DNA from: Candidatus Woesearchaeota archaeon
Lineage (GTDB): Archaea > Nanobdellota > Nanobdellia > Woesearchaeales > JABGUJ01
NCBI GenBank assembly: GCA_018646625.1
Contig: JABGUJ010000004.1
Span: 1 to 64,000, forward strand
Length of the DNA: 64,000 nucleotides
Direction of reading: 5' to 3'
Positions 48,601 to 57,214 of this stretch are shown piece by piece; positions within the stretch are counted from its first letter, which is position 1, and each line of letters opens with the position of its first letter. A model generated the notes under the pieces. The model saw nothing but the letters and a program-made list of their open reading frames with translations, made no database searches and had not been told where the DNA came from. A program made the position numbers and the translations under genes.

Positions 48601-48853
48601 GATAAAATGGTTGAGCTCTAAGAAATATACTTAACGCAATAGGGATGATTATTAAGAATATAGTTCTATACTTGTAAAAGAAATTCCATATGGACTTAAG
48701 ACCAATATCTACTTCATCACTTTTGCTTTCATGATGCGTTTTCTTGGTTCTTTTTCTTTTTATGAAGTCTTTAACTTTTGATACATTAAAAGAAATATCT
48801 TCGCTCTCTTCTTTTTCTTGATGGTTATCCTTCTTTTTTTCGTGTTTGCTCAT
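45695..48853 (-). CDS. aglB: Oligosaccharyltransferase AglB (STT3) with a C-terminal parvulin PPIase domain
   Basis: AIDPY, FSDTD, TVAE, SLRF, SWWDFGH, DMVGK; C-terminal ASHILV...GGDLGFF.RG.MVPEFE...FGYHII. Confidence 0.93.
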   Translation of the reverse strand: MSKHEKKKDNHQEKEESEDISFNVSKVKDFIKRKRTKKTHHESKSDEVDIGLKSIWNFFYKYRTIFLIIIPIALSIFLRAQPFYLPITDNWAEQTVEGYYQNQIEGQINQQYPNLPPANKAALVDEQFQQLLIDNSDNIQKQIEDTSESFKSRLQNDDGQTYLLAIDPYLWYGYAKNYVDHGNFGNGINEETGEAWDYRRNGRIGQKRGVKFAAFMEVLLYKFVNLFGKNISLLSVAFVLPLIMITLAVIPIYLFTKRLVGDFGALIGSSLFAVHSALMTRTVAGFSDTDPYNALFPALIVCFIGFACLENHKIKKAIYSVLAGLSTILFSMAWTGWWHILGFILGAFGIYFLFVVIKEFTNFKNLFKNLKNNELVLRVYQPLGYYFASFVVFSFVSAMIYGWHKNVLTLLYQALLSGPLGFLTLKEVAITTIWPNVLTTVAELNPSSWLKAIGDTGSIFLFIIALVGIIFCFKKDTSGNKSFHGILLLLWLGGTTFAAASSLRFSALMVPAFAVSFGLGAGFLVKYLPKLVNKSLDVNYKITRIVLIIVFILVLIQPIKAGYNVSINEVPSFNDDWYNSLQRIQEGSNDAIISSWWDFGHWFVAMGERRVTHDGGNQGKRIHWIGRSLQTSSEKESVDIIKMLNCGQEESYKKLENYTSETEIKDSYLAITTLKSIIGKERSVAKDELLNIGLTNKQAEDVLQYSHCDDLIDNYMIASEDMVGKAGVWGHFGSWDFTKGAMYQAVKGQKKADGVDILITRFGLDEEKAVDIYFDVQNNNADRWVSGWPGYISNPRSCSNKENSLECTNNVQGNAISVNVDLQSMTATVNTNNGQKVVPDSIVYADASGLHEKKLQGEAKTGFSLALIPRTNGGYNSMFISPELAASMFTSMFFYEGHGLWCYDAFGHDVDVTGLDIYTYKLDWDCKDMTIMPAIQAQIDANIEVRASHILVNTTEEAEAIIARLDSGDDFSELAKEKSVGPTGPNGGDLGFFTRGRMVPEFEKAVFSLEAIGDYTPEPVKSDFGYHIIKLTDKKDNNQYSLNNAKESTNLG

Positions 48854-49014
48854 TTAACATCCCTCGTTAAGAATATAGCTCTCCAGAACCCTGAACTCTT
48901 TATAAAACTTACTTCTCCCTGGTTTGAGCAGATCTAACTACTGATGAGTGGGTACAAATAGCAAGATTTATAAGTGGGCTTGATATTTATTTTTTATTGT
49001 GAGGGTCATTCATT

Positions 49015-50148
49015 ATGAAACGAGTTTTAGCAACATCATCGCATCCTGGTGGAATTAACGCAATATTGCCTGTAATTAGACAATTGAATCAAGAAGGACA
49101 GGTAAATGTGATTTCTATTGGTCATGAATCCTCTGAGAAAATGTTGGCTGCTGCCGGAATTAGTTATCGAACACTCTCTAGCTACGGAGTTGGCACAACT
49201 TCTGAAGAAGAATTGGAACTTTTGATCGAACGAGTATCGCCTAATATTGTATTAACAGGTACGGGAGATAGTGATCGAGACGGTAAAAAGGTAATAGAGC
49301 AAACAATTGTGAGTGCTGCAAGAAATGCAGGAATAACTTCCCTGTCTGTTTTAGACGTTTGGGCAAACTATTCTCTAAGATTTAGTGATCCCTTAAACTT
49401 AGAAGAGGGGCACTTAAGGTTTCTGCCGGACAAAGTTGCTGTTATGGATGAGCTTGCAAGAAGCACTATGGTTGCAGAAGGATTCCCAATAGATCGCTTG
49501 GTTGTAACGGGCAACCCTTTTTTTGATGATCTAGTGGAGGTTGGACGAAGATTTGGATCATCCAATCGTGAAGAAGTCAGGGCAGATCTTGGAGTATCTG
49601 CCGATGCTTTGCTTTTATTGTATGCTTCGCAACCAATTGAACATCACTATGGTGACAGTCTAGGATACACGGAGAAAACTGCATTGGACGCACTTTTATC
49701 TTCATTAAATAAAACTCGAACTGGGAGGGAAGTGTCTCTTCTTGTTAAAGTACATCCTAGAGAAAATATCCCAGATCTTGAAGAAGTTGCTGAAAAATAT
49801 AGTGGAGTACATGTTTTATTTGATCAAGACTACCCCACAAGACCCACGGTTCTTGCATCGGATGTGGTATTTTCACCATTCTCGACTGTTCTTATTGAAT
49901 CAACTTATTTGCATAAACCCTCGATTAGTTTACAACCAGGATTGAGACAAAAAGACTTGCTTGTAACGAACGAACTCGGTGTGACTGTTCCAATCTATAC
50001 TTCTGAAGATTTAGATGTGGTTGTTCAGAAAGTACTTTCAGATGAATCGTATTTACGAGAGCTATCCATTAAAGGACACAAGAAAGGTTTTGTGGTAGAT
50101 GGAGACGCAACAGATAAAGTAACTTCATTGGTTTATTCTCTTCTTTAA
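49015..50148 (+). CDS. GT-B fold protein (glycerophosphotransferase/2-epimerase-like), divergent from aglB
   Basis: VTGNPFFD, VKVHPRE, STV.IE, DG.AT motifs. Confidence 0.65.
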   Translation: MKRVLATSSHPGGINAILPVIRQLNQEGQVNVISIGHESSEKMLAAAGISYRTLSSYGVGTTSEEELELLIERVSPNIVLTGTGDSDRDGKKVIEQTIVSAARNAGITSLSVLDVWANYSLRFSDPLNLEEGHLRFLPDKVAVMDELARSTMVAEGFPIDRLVVTGNPFFDDLVEVGRRFGSSNREEVRADLGVSADALLLLYASQPIEHHYGDSLGYTEKTALDALLSSLNKTRTGREVSLLVKVHPRENIPDLEEVAEKYSGVHVLFDQDYPTRPTVLASDVVFSPFSTVLIESTYLHKPSISLQPGLRQKDLLVTNELGVTVPIYTSEDLDVVVQKVLSDESYLRELSIKGHKKGFVVDGDATDKVTSLVYSLL

Positions 50149-50162
50149 TAATTTCAAAAAAA

Positions 50163-51230
50163 CTATACGAATTTTTTAGTAAACCTAAGCAATAAGGGTT
50201 TATGGAACAAAACATAAGTTGCCAACAACAGTGGCTCATCTCTTGAATACTTACCCAGAATATTTTCTCTCCCTTTACAGAAGTAATCCACTAATCCATT
50301 ATAATCTTCATCACTAAACTTATTCAAAGCTTTCCTTATTCTAAGATCTAATTTTAGCTTTCTGATCGTTGCCTTGATATTACTAGAATAACTCTTATTA
50401 TTAACAATAGAATCTGCTAATCCTTCTACGCACTTCAATCCTGGTACTAATCCGCCGCCCGTTGTGGCTTTTACTTGTCCTGCGCTATCGCCCACAAGGT
50501 ATACATTATCTTGCTCAATCTTCTGCTTTGGATTGAATATAGGAATCAATCCCCCTTGTTTGCTAGTTATCTGACTTTTCTTGACATTCAATCGTTTCAA
50601 AAAAGAATCAAACAGCAAACCGGTATTCTTTTCACTAGCCACTCCAACTTTCGCATAGTTATCATCTTCTGGAACAATCCAACCAAAAAATCCTGGCGCG
50701 ACTTCGTTGCCCAAATAAACAGAATACTCATCAACATCTACATTCATCTTTACTCTTGCCTGTGCTCCAACGCAATATCTTCTGTTATCAACACCAATGC
50801 TCTTCGCAACCGCGCTTGCAGGACCATCCGCACCTATTAGCTTATCAAACCCAACACTTTTTCCATTAATTATTGCTTTATTGTTACTTAATCTTTCAAA
50901 TTTACTTCTAAGAATATACTTTGCTCCACAATCTTCTGCTCTCTCCTTTAACCAGTTATCGAAACCGCATCTATCTATAACTAGATCATCATTTTTGATT
51001 ATTAATTCAGAACCATTCGGTGCTACAACCTTTACTCTTTTTACTTTGTTAATAACCAGATCTTTTTTTATTTTAATTACGTCGTTAATAGATTTAGTAA
51101 CTATGCCTGTGCATTGTACTGGTTCTCCAATCTTAGCTCTTGCATCATAAACTTCAATAGTCTTTCCAGCTTTAGCTAGCAACTCTGCGCAATAACTCCC
51201 CGTTGGCCCGCCGCCAATAATTGAAATCAT
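50163..51230 (-). CDS. Geranylgeranyl reductase family FAD oxidoreductase
   Basis: GGGPTG, P.QC.G, GADG..S, F.W.VP, GDSAG.VK..TGGG. Confidence 0.9.
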   Translation of the reverse strand: MISIIGGGPTGSYCAELLAKAGKTIEVYDARAKIGEPVQCTGIVTKSINDVIKIKKDLVINKVKRVKVVAPNGSELIIKNDDLVIDRCGFDNWLKERAEDCGAKYILRSKFERLSNNKAIINGKSVGFDKLIGADGPASAVAKSIGVDNRRYCVGAQARVKMNVDVDEYSVYLGNEVAPGFFGWIVPEDDNYAKVGVASEKNTGLLFDSFLKRLNVKKSQITSKQGGLIPIFNPKQKIEQDNVYLVGDSAGQVKATTGGGLVPGLKCVEGLADSIVNNKSYSSNIKATIRKLKLDLRIRKALNKFSDEDYNGLVDYFCKGRENILGKYSRDEPLLLATYVLFHKPLLLRFTKKFV

Positions 51231-51640
51231 TTTTTATCCTTAAAATGCACATAATATATAGAATATCCTACTACTTCCTTACTTAGTCCTTTCTCCTCGA
51301 TCAAATACTTATACTTATCTTCAGGAGATAGATGTTTTAATTCCTTTACAATCTCTATGGTTTTTTTGATCTCATCATTAACCAAAACATCGATTGTATC
51401 TTCCACTAAATCATGTTCATACTGATAGTCCTTTAACCATTTCTTAATGTGATCTATTTTGTGTCCTTGTGAAACAAAATAATCAAAATGTTTCTTAATC
51501 TCTTTTTTTCTACCTACTAGTTTCTTTCCTTCTTTCTCTTTTTTTCTTTTATCTAGGAAGTAAATTGCTATGGCTGCTACAACTATTAGAATACTCAACT
51601 GTATTACAACATTTACAACTATTGTTCCTGTTTGAACCAT
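51227..51640 (-). CDS. Hypothetical single-TM protein
   Basis: N-terminal TM followed by a basic stretch. Confidence 0.7.
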   Translation of the reverse strand: MVQTGTIVVNVVIQLSILIVVAAIAIYFLDKRKKEKEGKKLVGRKKEIKKHFDYFVSQGHKIDHIKKWLKDYQYEHDLVEDTIDVLVNDEIKKTIEIVKELKHLSPEDKYKYLIEEKGLSKEVVGYSIYYVHFKDKK

Positions 51641-51693
51641 TAGAAAAAAGATAATTAAAAGCTATTTAAAGAAATCGTTAAACAAAAAGAAAA

Positions 51694-51948
51694 TCATCCT
51701 AAAAGCTTTCTAACAAACCTTGGATGAACTCTGTGGCATATTAATTGGTGCTCAACTTGCTCTTTACTATATCCTAAACTCAGGAGACCTCTAACATACC
51801 CTCTCATTTTGCTAACATAATCTTTACGTCTTTTCTTTTCCTTTTCTTGCTTAAGATATACATCTAATCCATAGTATCCTATTGCAACAAAACAAATAAG
51901 AAAACCTAACAGCAAAACAACATTCGAAATTGTTAATTCATTAACCAC
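51694..51948 (-). CDS. Hypothetical small single-TM protein
   Basis: GGGGG RBS; TM followed by a 'GYSKEQV' helical tail. Confidence 0.7.
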   Translation of the reverse strand: MVNELTISNVVLLLGFLICFVAIGYYGLDVYLKQEKEKKRRKDYVSKMRGYVRGLLSLGYSKEQVEHQLICHRVHPRFVRKLLG

Positions 51949-52230
51949 TTCTAATACCCCCTAAATCAAAAATACACAACAAATATAAAAAGTTTACTAT
52001 CATTTAGTAACGTCAAAACACCTTAATATGTTTGCGAATTCAGTGCAATTAACGTCTGTGTCGGGGTTGTAGCCTCTGCACAGGTATCACTTTTTTTTGC
52101 TACTTCGCTATAGCAAATAAACAGAAACATTTAAATATCTGGCCCAGTTTCTTAGAGGTTGTTAGGGGGGTACCGTAGGTAAGTTGCTCTTCTAGATACA
52201 CTATTCACAATCCTGAGGAGGTTGAATAAT

Positions 52231-53586
52231 ATGAAAATAAAAGCATTAACCTTAATGGTTTTGATTGTTGGCTTATTGCTAGCATCAGTCTCCGTAAGCG
52301 CGGAGAATTTTGGTTCATCCCTTGGTGTAGATATCACTAGGGTAGAAGTAAATGACGTTGTTGTAACAAACGACCAAGTAATTAGAACTCAGTTCGACAG
52401 AGGACAAGAACTTGAAATTAGAGTAACTGTTCAGTCCAATTTAACTGAGGTTGCAAGAGATGTTCAAATCGAAGCAAAGATATATGGTGATGATCACTTT
52501 GATATATCTGATTCTTCTGACACTTTTGACATCGAACCCGGTGTAGTATACACTGAGAAAATGAGGCTTCAAATTCCTGACTTAGTTGACAGGGACGATT
52601 ACAAGCTAAGAATTTTAGTTTCTGATAGATATTCTGCATTAAGTATCTTTAACTACAACTTGCAAATATCTACTGAGAAAAATAAAGTTTCTATTGAAGA
52701 TGTTGTCTTTACTCCATCAAATGATGTACAGGCAGGGAGAGCTCTTCTAGCAACTGTAAGACTTGAAAACTTTGGTGAAGAAAGAGAAGAAGGTCTAAAA
52801 GTTGAACTAGCTATACCTGAGCTTGGCGTATCCGCTGTTGACTACATTGACGAACTTGATGAAGACGACGAGATTTCAAGTGAGGAGCTATTCCTAAGAA
52901 TTCCAAGATGTACAGCAAATGGTAGATATGATGCTACTGTAACTGTCTCATACGATGATGGATTCGAAAAAGAAAGCAAGGATTACTACATCAATGTTGT
53001 CGAAGATGACGCTGCATGTGCTATGGAAGCAGGTGTTCCTACACAACCTTCCACTCCATCAACACAACCTCAACCTCCTGTTACTGAGGAAAAGACCATA
53101 ATTAATTTGGGAACTCAAACTAATGTGTTGACTAAAGGAGAAGGTGGAGCAATCTATCCTGTAACTTTAACTAACCAAGGTGCAACTGCAAAGACATACA
53201 CTCTAAGTATCTCTGGCGTTGAAACTTTTGGAACAGTAAGAGTTAGTCCAAGCAACGTAGTTGTTGTTGAACCTTACAAGTCTGAACAAGTATTTGTGTT
53301 TGTTGCCGCTAACGAAGCTGCAGCTGCTGGCGCAAAAACTTTCACTGTAACTGTAACATCTGGCGGCGAGTTATTACAAGCTATGACTCTTGCAGCAGAC
53401 GTTGTTGATTCAGCTGCATCAGCTGACGCAGACAGTGAAGCTACTACTAAAGGCTTATGGGTTGCAGTAATTGTTTTGATAGTGCTAATCGTTTTAGTTG
53501 CACTCCTTGTTGGTTTCAAGAAAATGAAATCTGGCAGAGATGGCGAAGATGACGAAGACTTAGACGCTGGTCAAACATATTACTAA
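52231..53586 (+). CDS. Secreted acidic Ig-like (CARDB-like) surface/S-layer-associated protein with a C-terminal TM anchor
   Basis: Signal peptide, beta-rich acidic domains, PT/PQ linker, TM, cytoplasmic tail ending YY; strong GAGGAGG RBS. Confidence 0.8.
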   Translation: MKIKALTLMVLIVGLLLASVSVSAENFGSSLGVDITRVEVNDVVVTNDQVIRTQFDRGQELEIRVTVQSNLTEVARDVQIEAKIYGDDHFDISDSSDTFDIEPGVVYTEKMRLQIPDLVDRDDYKLRILVSDRYSALSIFNYNLQISTEKNKVSIEDVVFTPSNDVQAGRALLATVRLENFGEEREEGLKVELAIPELGVSAVDYIDELDEDDEISSEELFLRIPRCTANGRYDATVTVSYDDGFEKESKDYYINVVEDDAACAMEAGVPTQPSTPSTQPQPPVTEEKTIINLGTQTNVLTKGEGGAIYPVTLTNQGATAKTYTLSISGVETFGTVRVSPSNVVVVEPYKSEQVFVFVAANEAAAAGAKTFTVTVTSGGELLQAMTLAADVVDSAASADADSEATTKGLWVAVIVLIVLIVLVALLVGFKKMKSGRDGEDDEDLDAGQTYY

Positions 53587-53610
53587 TTTTTTTCTTTTTT
53601 CTCTTTTACT

Positions 53611-54360
53611 TTATTCTTTTGCTATTTTCCATAAATACTCAAATTGTTTTTTGTAACTATTAGCAATAATCTTATTCTTAATCATGATAACCATTGGCTT
53701 ACCAACTATGACCATTATAGCAAAGTAGTCGCCAAACATTTCCGTTAGTGCTTCAGGAGCTAAATCGTTAGGTATAAATTTTATTTTTGTTTTGGGTAGG
53801 TCTTTTCTTTTCTCTCCTCGATCTCTGGCTTCTTCACTAAATAACATCCTTGCTGCTATTTTTTTTTGCACTCTTCTTGCTTGCCATCCTGTGAAGTATT
53901 CACCCATTACTTTGTAAGTTGACTTTGGTGTTCCAATAAGATAGAATGTATCATCTGGTTTCATCAACTCGAATATCAACTCAGAGAATCTTTTTACTCC
54001 TGACTTACCCTCAAAGATTGTTATTTCATCTTTTGTACCTGCATACTCTAACTTAGTTTGCAGCTCCGGCATTATGTTGTCTAATATTTTTTCTCGTTCA
54101 TCTATTTCTTTTCTTTTTTCATTCAACAGATCCTTCAAACTCTCAGGTTTATTTGCTAAGAAGTGCTGAGTATTATGTTTCTTGATGATTGTAACTAGTC
54201 CTTTGTCACTTAATCTCTCGAGAATGTCATATATCTTAGAATGAGATACTTTAGCTTCCTTAAGCAATGCTCCTACTGTGCACTCTCCTATTTCTAGTAA
54301 TGCCCAATATACCTTACTCTCTCCTTTCGTTAAACCTAACGATTCTAGTTCTTCTATCAT
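53611..54360 (-). CDS. TrmB family transcriptional regulator
   Basis: LGLT..E.KVY..LL, KIYDIL.RL..KGL, F..LW. Confidence 0.9.
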   Translation of the reverse strand: MIEELESLGLTKGESKVYWALLEIGECTVGALLKEAKVSHSKIYDILERLSDKGLVTIIKKHNTQHFLANKPESLKDLLNEKRKEIDEREKILDNIMPELQTKLEYAGTKDEITIFEGKSGVKRFSELIFELMKPDDTFYLIGTPKSTYKVMGEYFTGWQARRVQKKIAARMLFSEEARDRGEKRKDLPKTKIKFIPNDLAPEALTEMFGDYFAIMVIVGKPMVIMIKNKIIANSYKKQFEYLWKIAKE

Positions 54361-54436
54361 TATCCCCTTATGGTGGGGGGATTATCTTTATATATTTTGC
54401 GTATCTTATAGGTAGTAACGGTTTGGAGGTACTAAA

Positions 54437-55492
54437 ATGAGAATATTGGTTATAGCTTTAGCTTTATTAATAATTACGGGCTGTGGCGTATCTGGAGAGG
54501 TTGTAAAAACTGAAGATTTGCTAACAATTGGTGCTATTTTGCCATTGACTGGTCCTGCGTCTTTTGTAGGTCAAGAACATCTTAAAGGTATGGAACTAGC
54601 TGTTGATTCGGGCATTGAAATTATCTACGAAGATTCCGCTGCCAACCCTAAGAATGCAATTAACCAGTTTACTACTTTGGTAACTTTTCAAGATATTGAT
54701 GCTGCCATTGCAATCTTAACTCCTGTTGCTGAGGTTGTTGCACCTCTTGCACAACAACATGAAATTCCTCTCTTGCTAACAACAGTATCTCTTGATTCGG
54801 TAGAAGATGAGCGAGATTTTGTGTTCAGAGATTTTACAAACTCTAAACAAGATGCTGGATTAAGTGCAAAATTTGCTAGAGATCATCTTAATGCAACAAC
54901 TGCGGTTATTTTATACATCTTCGACGACTACGGTAAGTCTTACTCCGATGCATTTACTACTGAATTTGGAGGTGCTGTCAAAACATTTGGCTTTGAAAGA
55001 TCGGATGCAGATTTTAGAAGTCAATTGTTAAAAGCAAAAGCTCTAGACTCTGATGTGCTTTATGTTATTGGTTATGACAACCACATAGTTAACGTAGTGC
55101 GTCAAGCAAAAGAGCTAGAGCTCGACACAACATTCATGAGTAACTGGGTTTTAGCTTCGCCTTTAATCTTAGAAAACGCAAAAGGTGCGGTTGATGATGT
55201 ATACATAACAACTCCTGATTTTTATGTTGATACTCGGAAAGAAGTTGTTGAGTTCAAAGAACGTTTTTTCAACAAACATGGTCATTATCCTGATGCTTAT
55301 GCTGCTTTAGGATATGATGCTGTGAAAATGTTGGCGTTTGCTCATAAATCTGGAGACATCAAAGCAGGGTTGCAAGGAATCAGTGGCTACAAGTCTCTAA
55401 TGGGTGAAATGTCTGTAGATCAAGATGGCGAAATGAGCTTTCCGTTACGTTTTGCTAAAGTGGTTGATGGCTCCGTTATTAGGCTATCTTGA
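54437..55492 (+). CDS. ABC transporter substrate-binding lipoprotein (LivK-like), with no cognate permease nearby
   Basis: Lipobox ITGC, IGAILPLTG, DFRSQL.K, A.GYDA. Confidence 0.88.
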   Translation: MRILVIALALLIITGCGVSGEVVKTEDLLTIGAILPLTGPASFVGQEHLKGMELAVDSGIEIIYEDSAANPKNAINQFTTLVTFQDIDAAIAILTPVAEVVAPLAQQHEIPLLLTTVSLDSVEDERDFVFRDFTNSKQDAGLSAKFARDHLNATTAVILYIFDDYGKSYSDAFTTEFGGAVKTFGFERSDADFRSQLLKAKALDSDVLYVIGYDNHIVNVVRQAKELELDTTFMSNWVLASPLILENAKGAVDDVYITTPDFYVDTRKEVVEFKERFFNKHGHYPDAYAALGYDAVKMLAFAHKSGDIKAGLQGISGYKSLMGEMSVDQDGEMSFPLRFAKVVDGSVIRLS

Positions 55493-55646
55493 TTTCTTTT
55501 TTCTTTACTTTTAAGCTCTCCCTATTAATAAATCATGCGAATTGTCTTTTTTGTGCATCTTTTTAACTATTATATAGTAGCTAGTGCTTCGAAAGATTTA
55601 TATACGAGAGAACCATCCTTTCTACATAATTAGGGGGTTGCATAAT

Positions 55647-56603
55647 ATGGTTAATATATCAAATCTTTCTGAACTAAACGACATACTTGGTAATAGTTTT
55701 GCAAACATCAAAAAGGACATGATGGAGCTTAAGAGCTCGCAAAGAGAACAGCTTTCTGGAACTAATGAACTGTCCAGAGAAATCGATCTTTTGAAGACTA
55801 AGTTTGTAGATAACAAGGCTTTTCAAAAAGAAGTCAGAGAATTACAATCAGCTCTTCGAACACTAGACAAAAAAGCTAGTGAAAAGGATGTAAATCGTCT
55901 TGTCAAGAACATAGAAGGCATGAAAGTAAAGGATGTTGATCCAAAAGATCTTGCTTTTCAGGACGACGTTAAGGACATTCGAAAAAGCTTTGATGATCTT
56001 GTTAAGAACATGAACAAGAGACTAAATGATTTAAATAAGCAATTACAAAGCATTGAAGATTCTAAAAAGTACGTTACTAACGTTAGCAATAACTTCTCAA
56101 ATAAGATCAAGAGGGTTAATGATAACGCTAAAGACATACATGAAATCAAACTTGCAATGGCTAAACTTGGTAGAACATACGCTACTTTGAAAGAACTGGC
56201 TGAGCTTAGAAAAACTCTTCTAACTCAAGAAGAAATCCAAGCACTTATCTTACAAGCTAGCAGAAAGCTGGTTTCTAAAGAAGAAGTCAAGGTTACTCTT
56301 GAACCGTTCGTAGTTGAAGAGCAAGTTGAATCAATTTTATCTGATATAAACGTAGAATTTGACAAGTTAAAGAATAAAATGCCTACAGATGCTAATATCA
56401 AGAAGTACATCAAGAAGTACAAGCTTGATTATAATGTAGAGATAGACTCCTTAAAACGAGAAAATTCTTCCTTGAAAGAAGAATTGACTGACTTAAGGTC
56501 TCAACTTTCTGAAGTCAATAAGGTTCTAGCACAACATAAGATTGTGGATAAGAACAAGAAAGGCATCAAGAAAGGTAAAAAAGGCAAGTACGAGTTCAAG
56601 TAA
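55647..56603 (+). CDS. Coiled-coil hypothetical protein
   Basis: Heptad-rich K/E/L sequence; GGGGG RBS before ATG at 55647. Confidence 0.75.
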   Translation: MVNISNLSELNDILGNSFANIKKDMMELKSSQREQLSGTNELSREIDLLKTKFVDNKAFQKEVRELQSALRTLDKKASEKDVNRLVKNIEGMKVKDVDPKDLAFQDDVKDIRKSFDDLVKNMNKRLNDLNKQLQSIEDSKKYVTNVSNNFSNKIKRVNDNAKDIHEIKLAMAKLGRTYATLKELAELRKTLLTQEEIQALILQASRKLVSKEEVKVTLEPFVVEEQVESILSDINVEFDKLKNKMPTDANIKKYIKKYKLDYNVEIDSLKRENSSLKEELTDLRSQLSEVNKVLAQHKIVDKNKKGIKKGKKGKYEFK

Positions 56604-56611
56604 TTGTTAAA

Positions 56612-56911
56612 TTATCGTTGATTTTTTTCTTTAAATTTTCTTTCCCAATAGAGGATACTCTGTCTTGTGACTTCTAATCCATACAAATCTTTGAGGTACT
56701 CAACAACTTCTGCCAGACTATAATTGTTTTCCCGCATCTTTAATGCAATTTCAATTTCATCTCGAGAATGCCTGAAACGATTGAATCCGTCATCTGGGGT
56801 AAAGAATTTGCTACATTCATTGCATTTGAAAACTTCTTTTTCTCCTGAATTGTTTTTCCTAACCGCATGTCTTTTCACATCAGGACTTTTGCATTTGCTA
56901 CATTCAATCAT
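56612..56911 (-). CDS. IS1/IS6-like transposase N-terminal zinc-ribbon + HTH, with no DDE domain
   Basis: C..C.S..V......N...FKC..C..FF..DDGF...R.....I..AL......SL...V....I..W. Confidence 0.7.
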   Translation of the reverse strand: MIECSKCKSPDVKRHAVRKNNSGEKEVFKCNECSKFFTPDDGFNRFRHSRDEIEIALKMRENNYSLAEVVEYLKDLYGLEVTRQSILYWERKFKEKNQR

Positions 56912-57214
56912 TATGGTAGCAATAAACAACTAATATTTAACTCCAACGTTAATTTAACACTTCATTAAAAAAAATAACAAGGTTTAAATACGGTTTTGTT
57001 TCTTCTTATAAGAATCCGTAAAGATTATGTTTATTTTTGGCGTTCGATCGAGAAAATATAGATTGAACAATGATAAAAAAGGGGTTTGATTAGACTTGAG
57101 AGAAATAAGAGGTGATTATTACATTCTTACTAGAGGCTTTGCCTCTTTCACTACTTACACTAGTTCTATCTTTGCGGAAAGTTTAACTAGAAAAAATGTT
57201 GGGGGTGACTGTCA

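Noticed and set aside
48915..48960. Possible riboswitch or C/D sRNA (CTGATGA) upstream of aglB
   Set aside because: No supporting stem or correctly ordered box pair found
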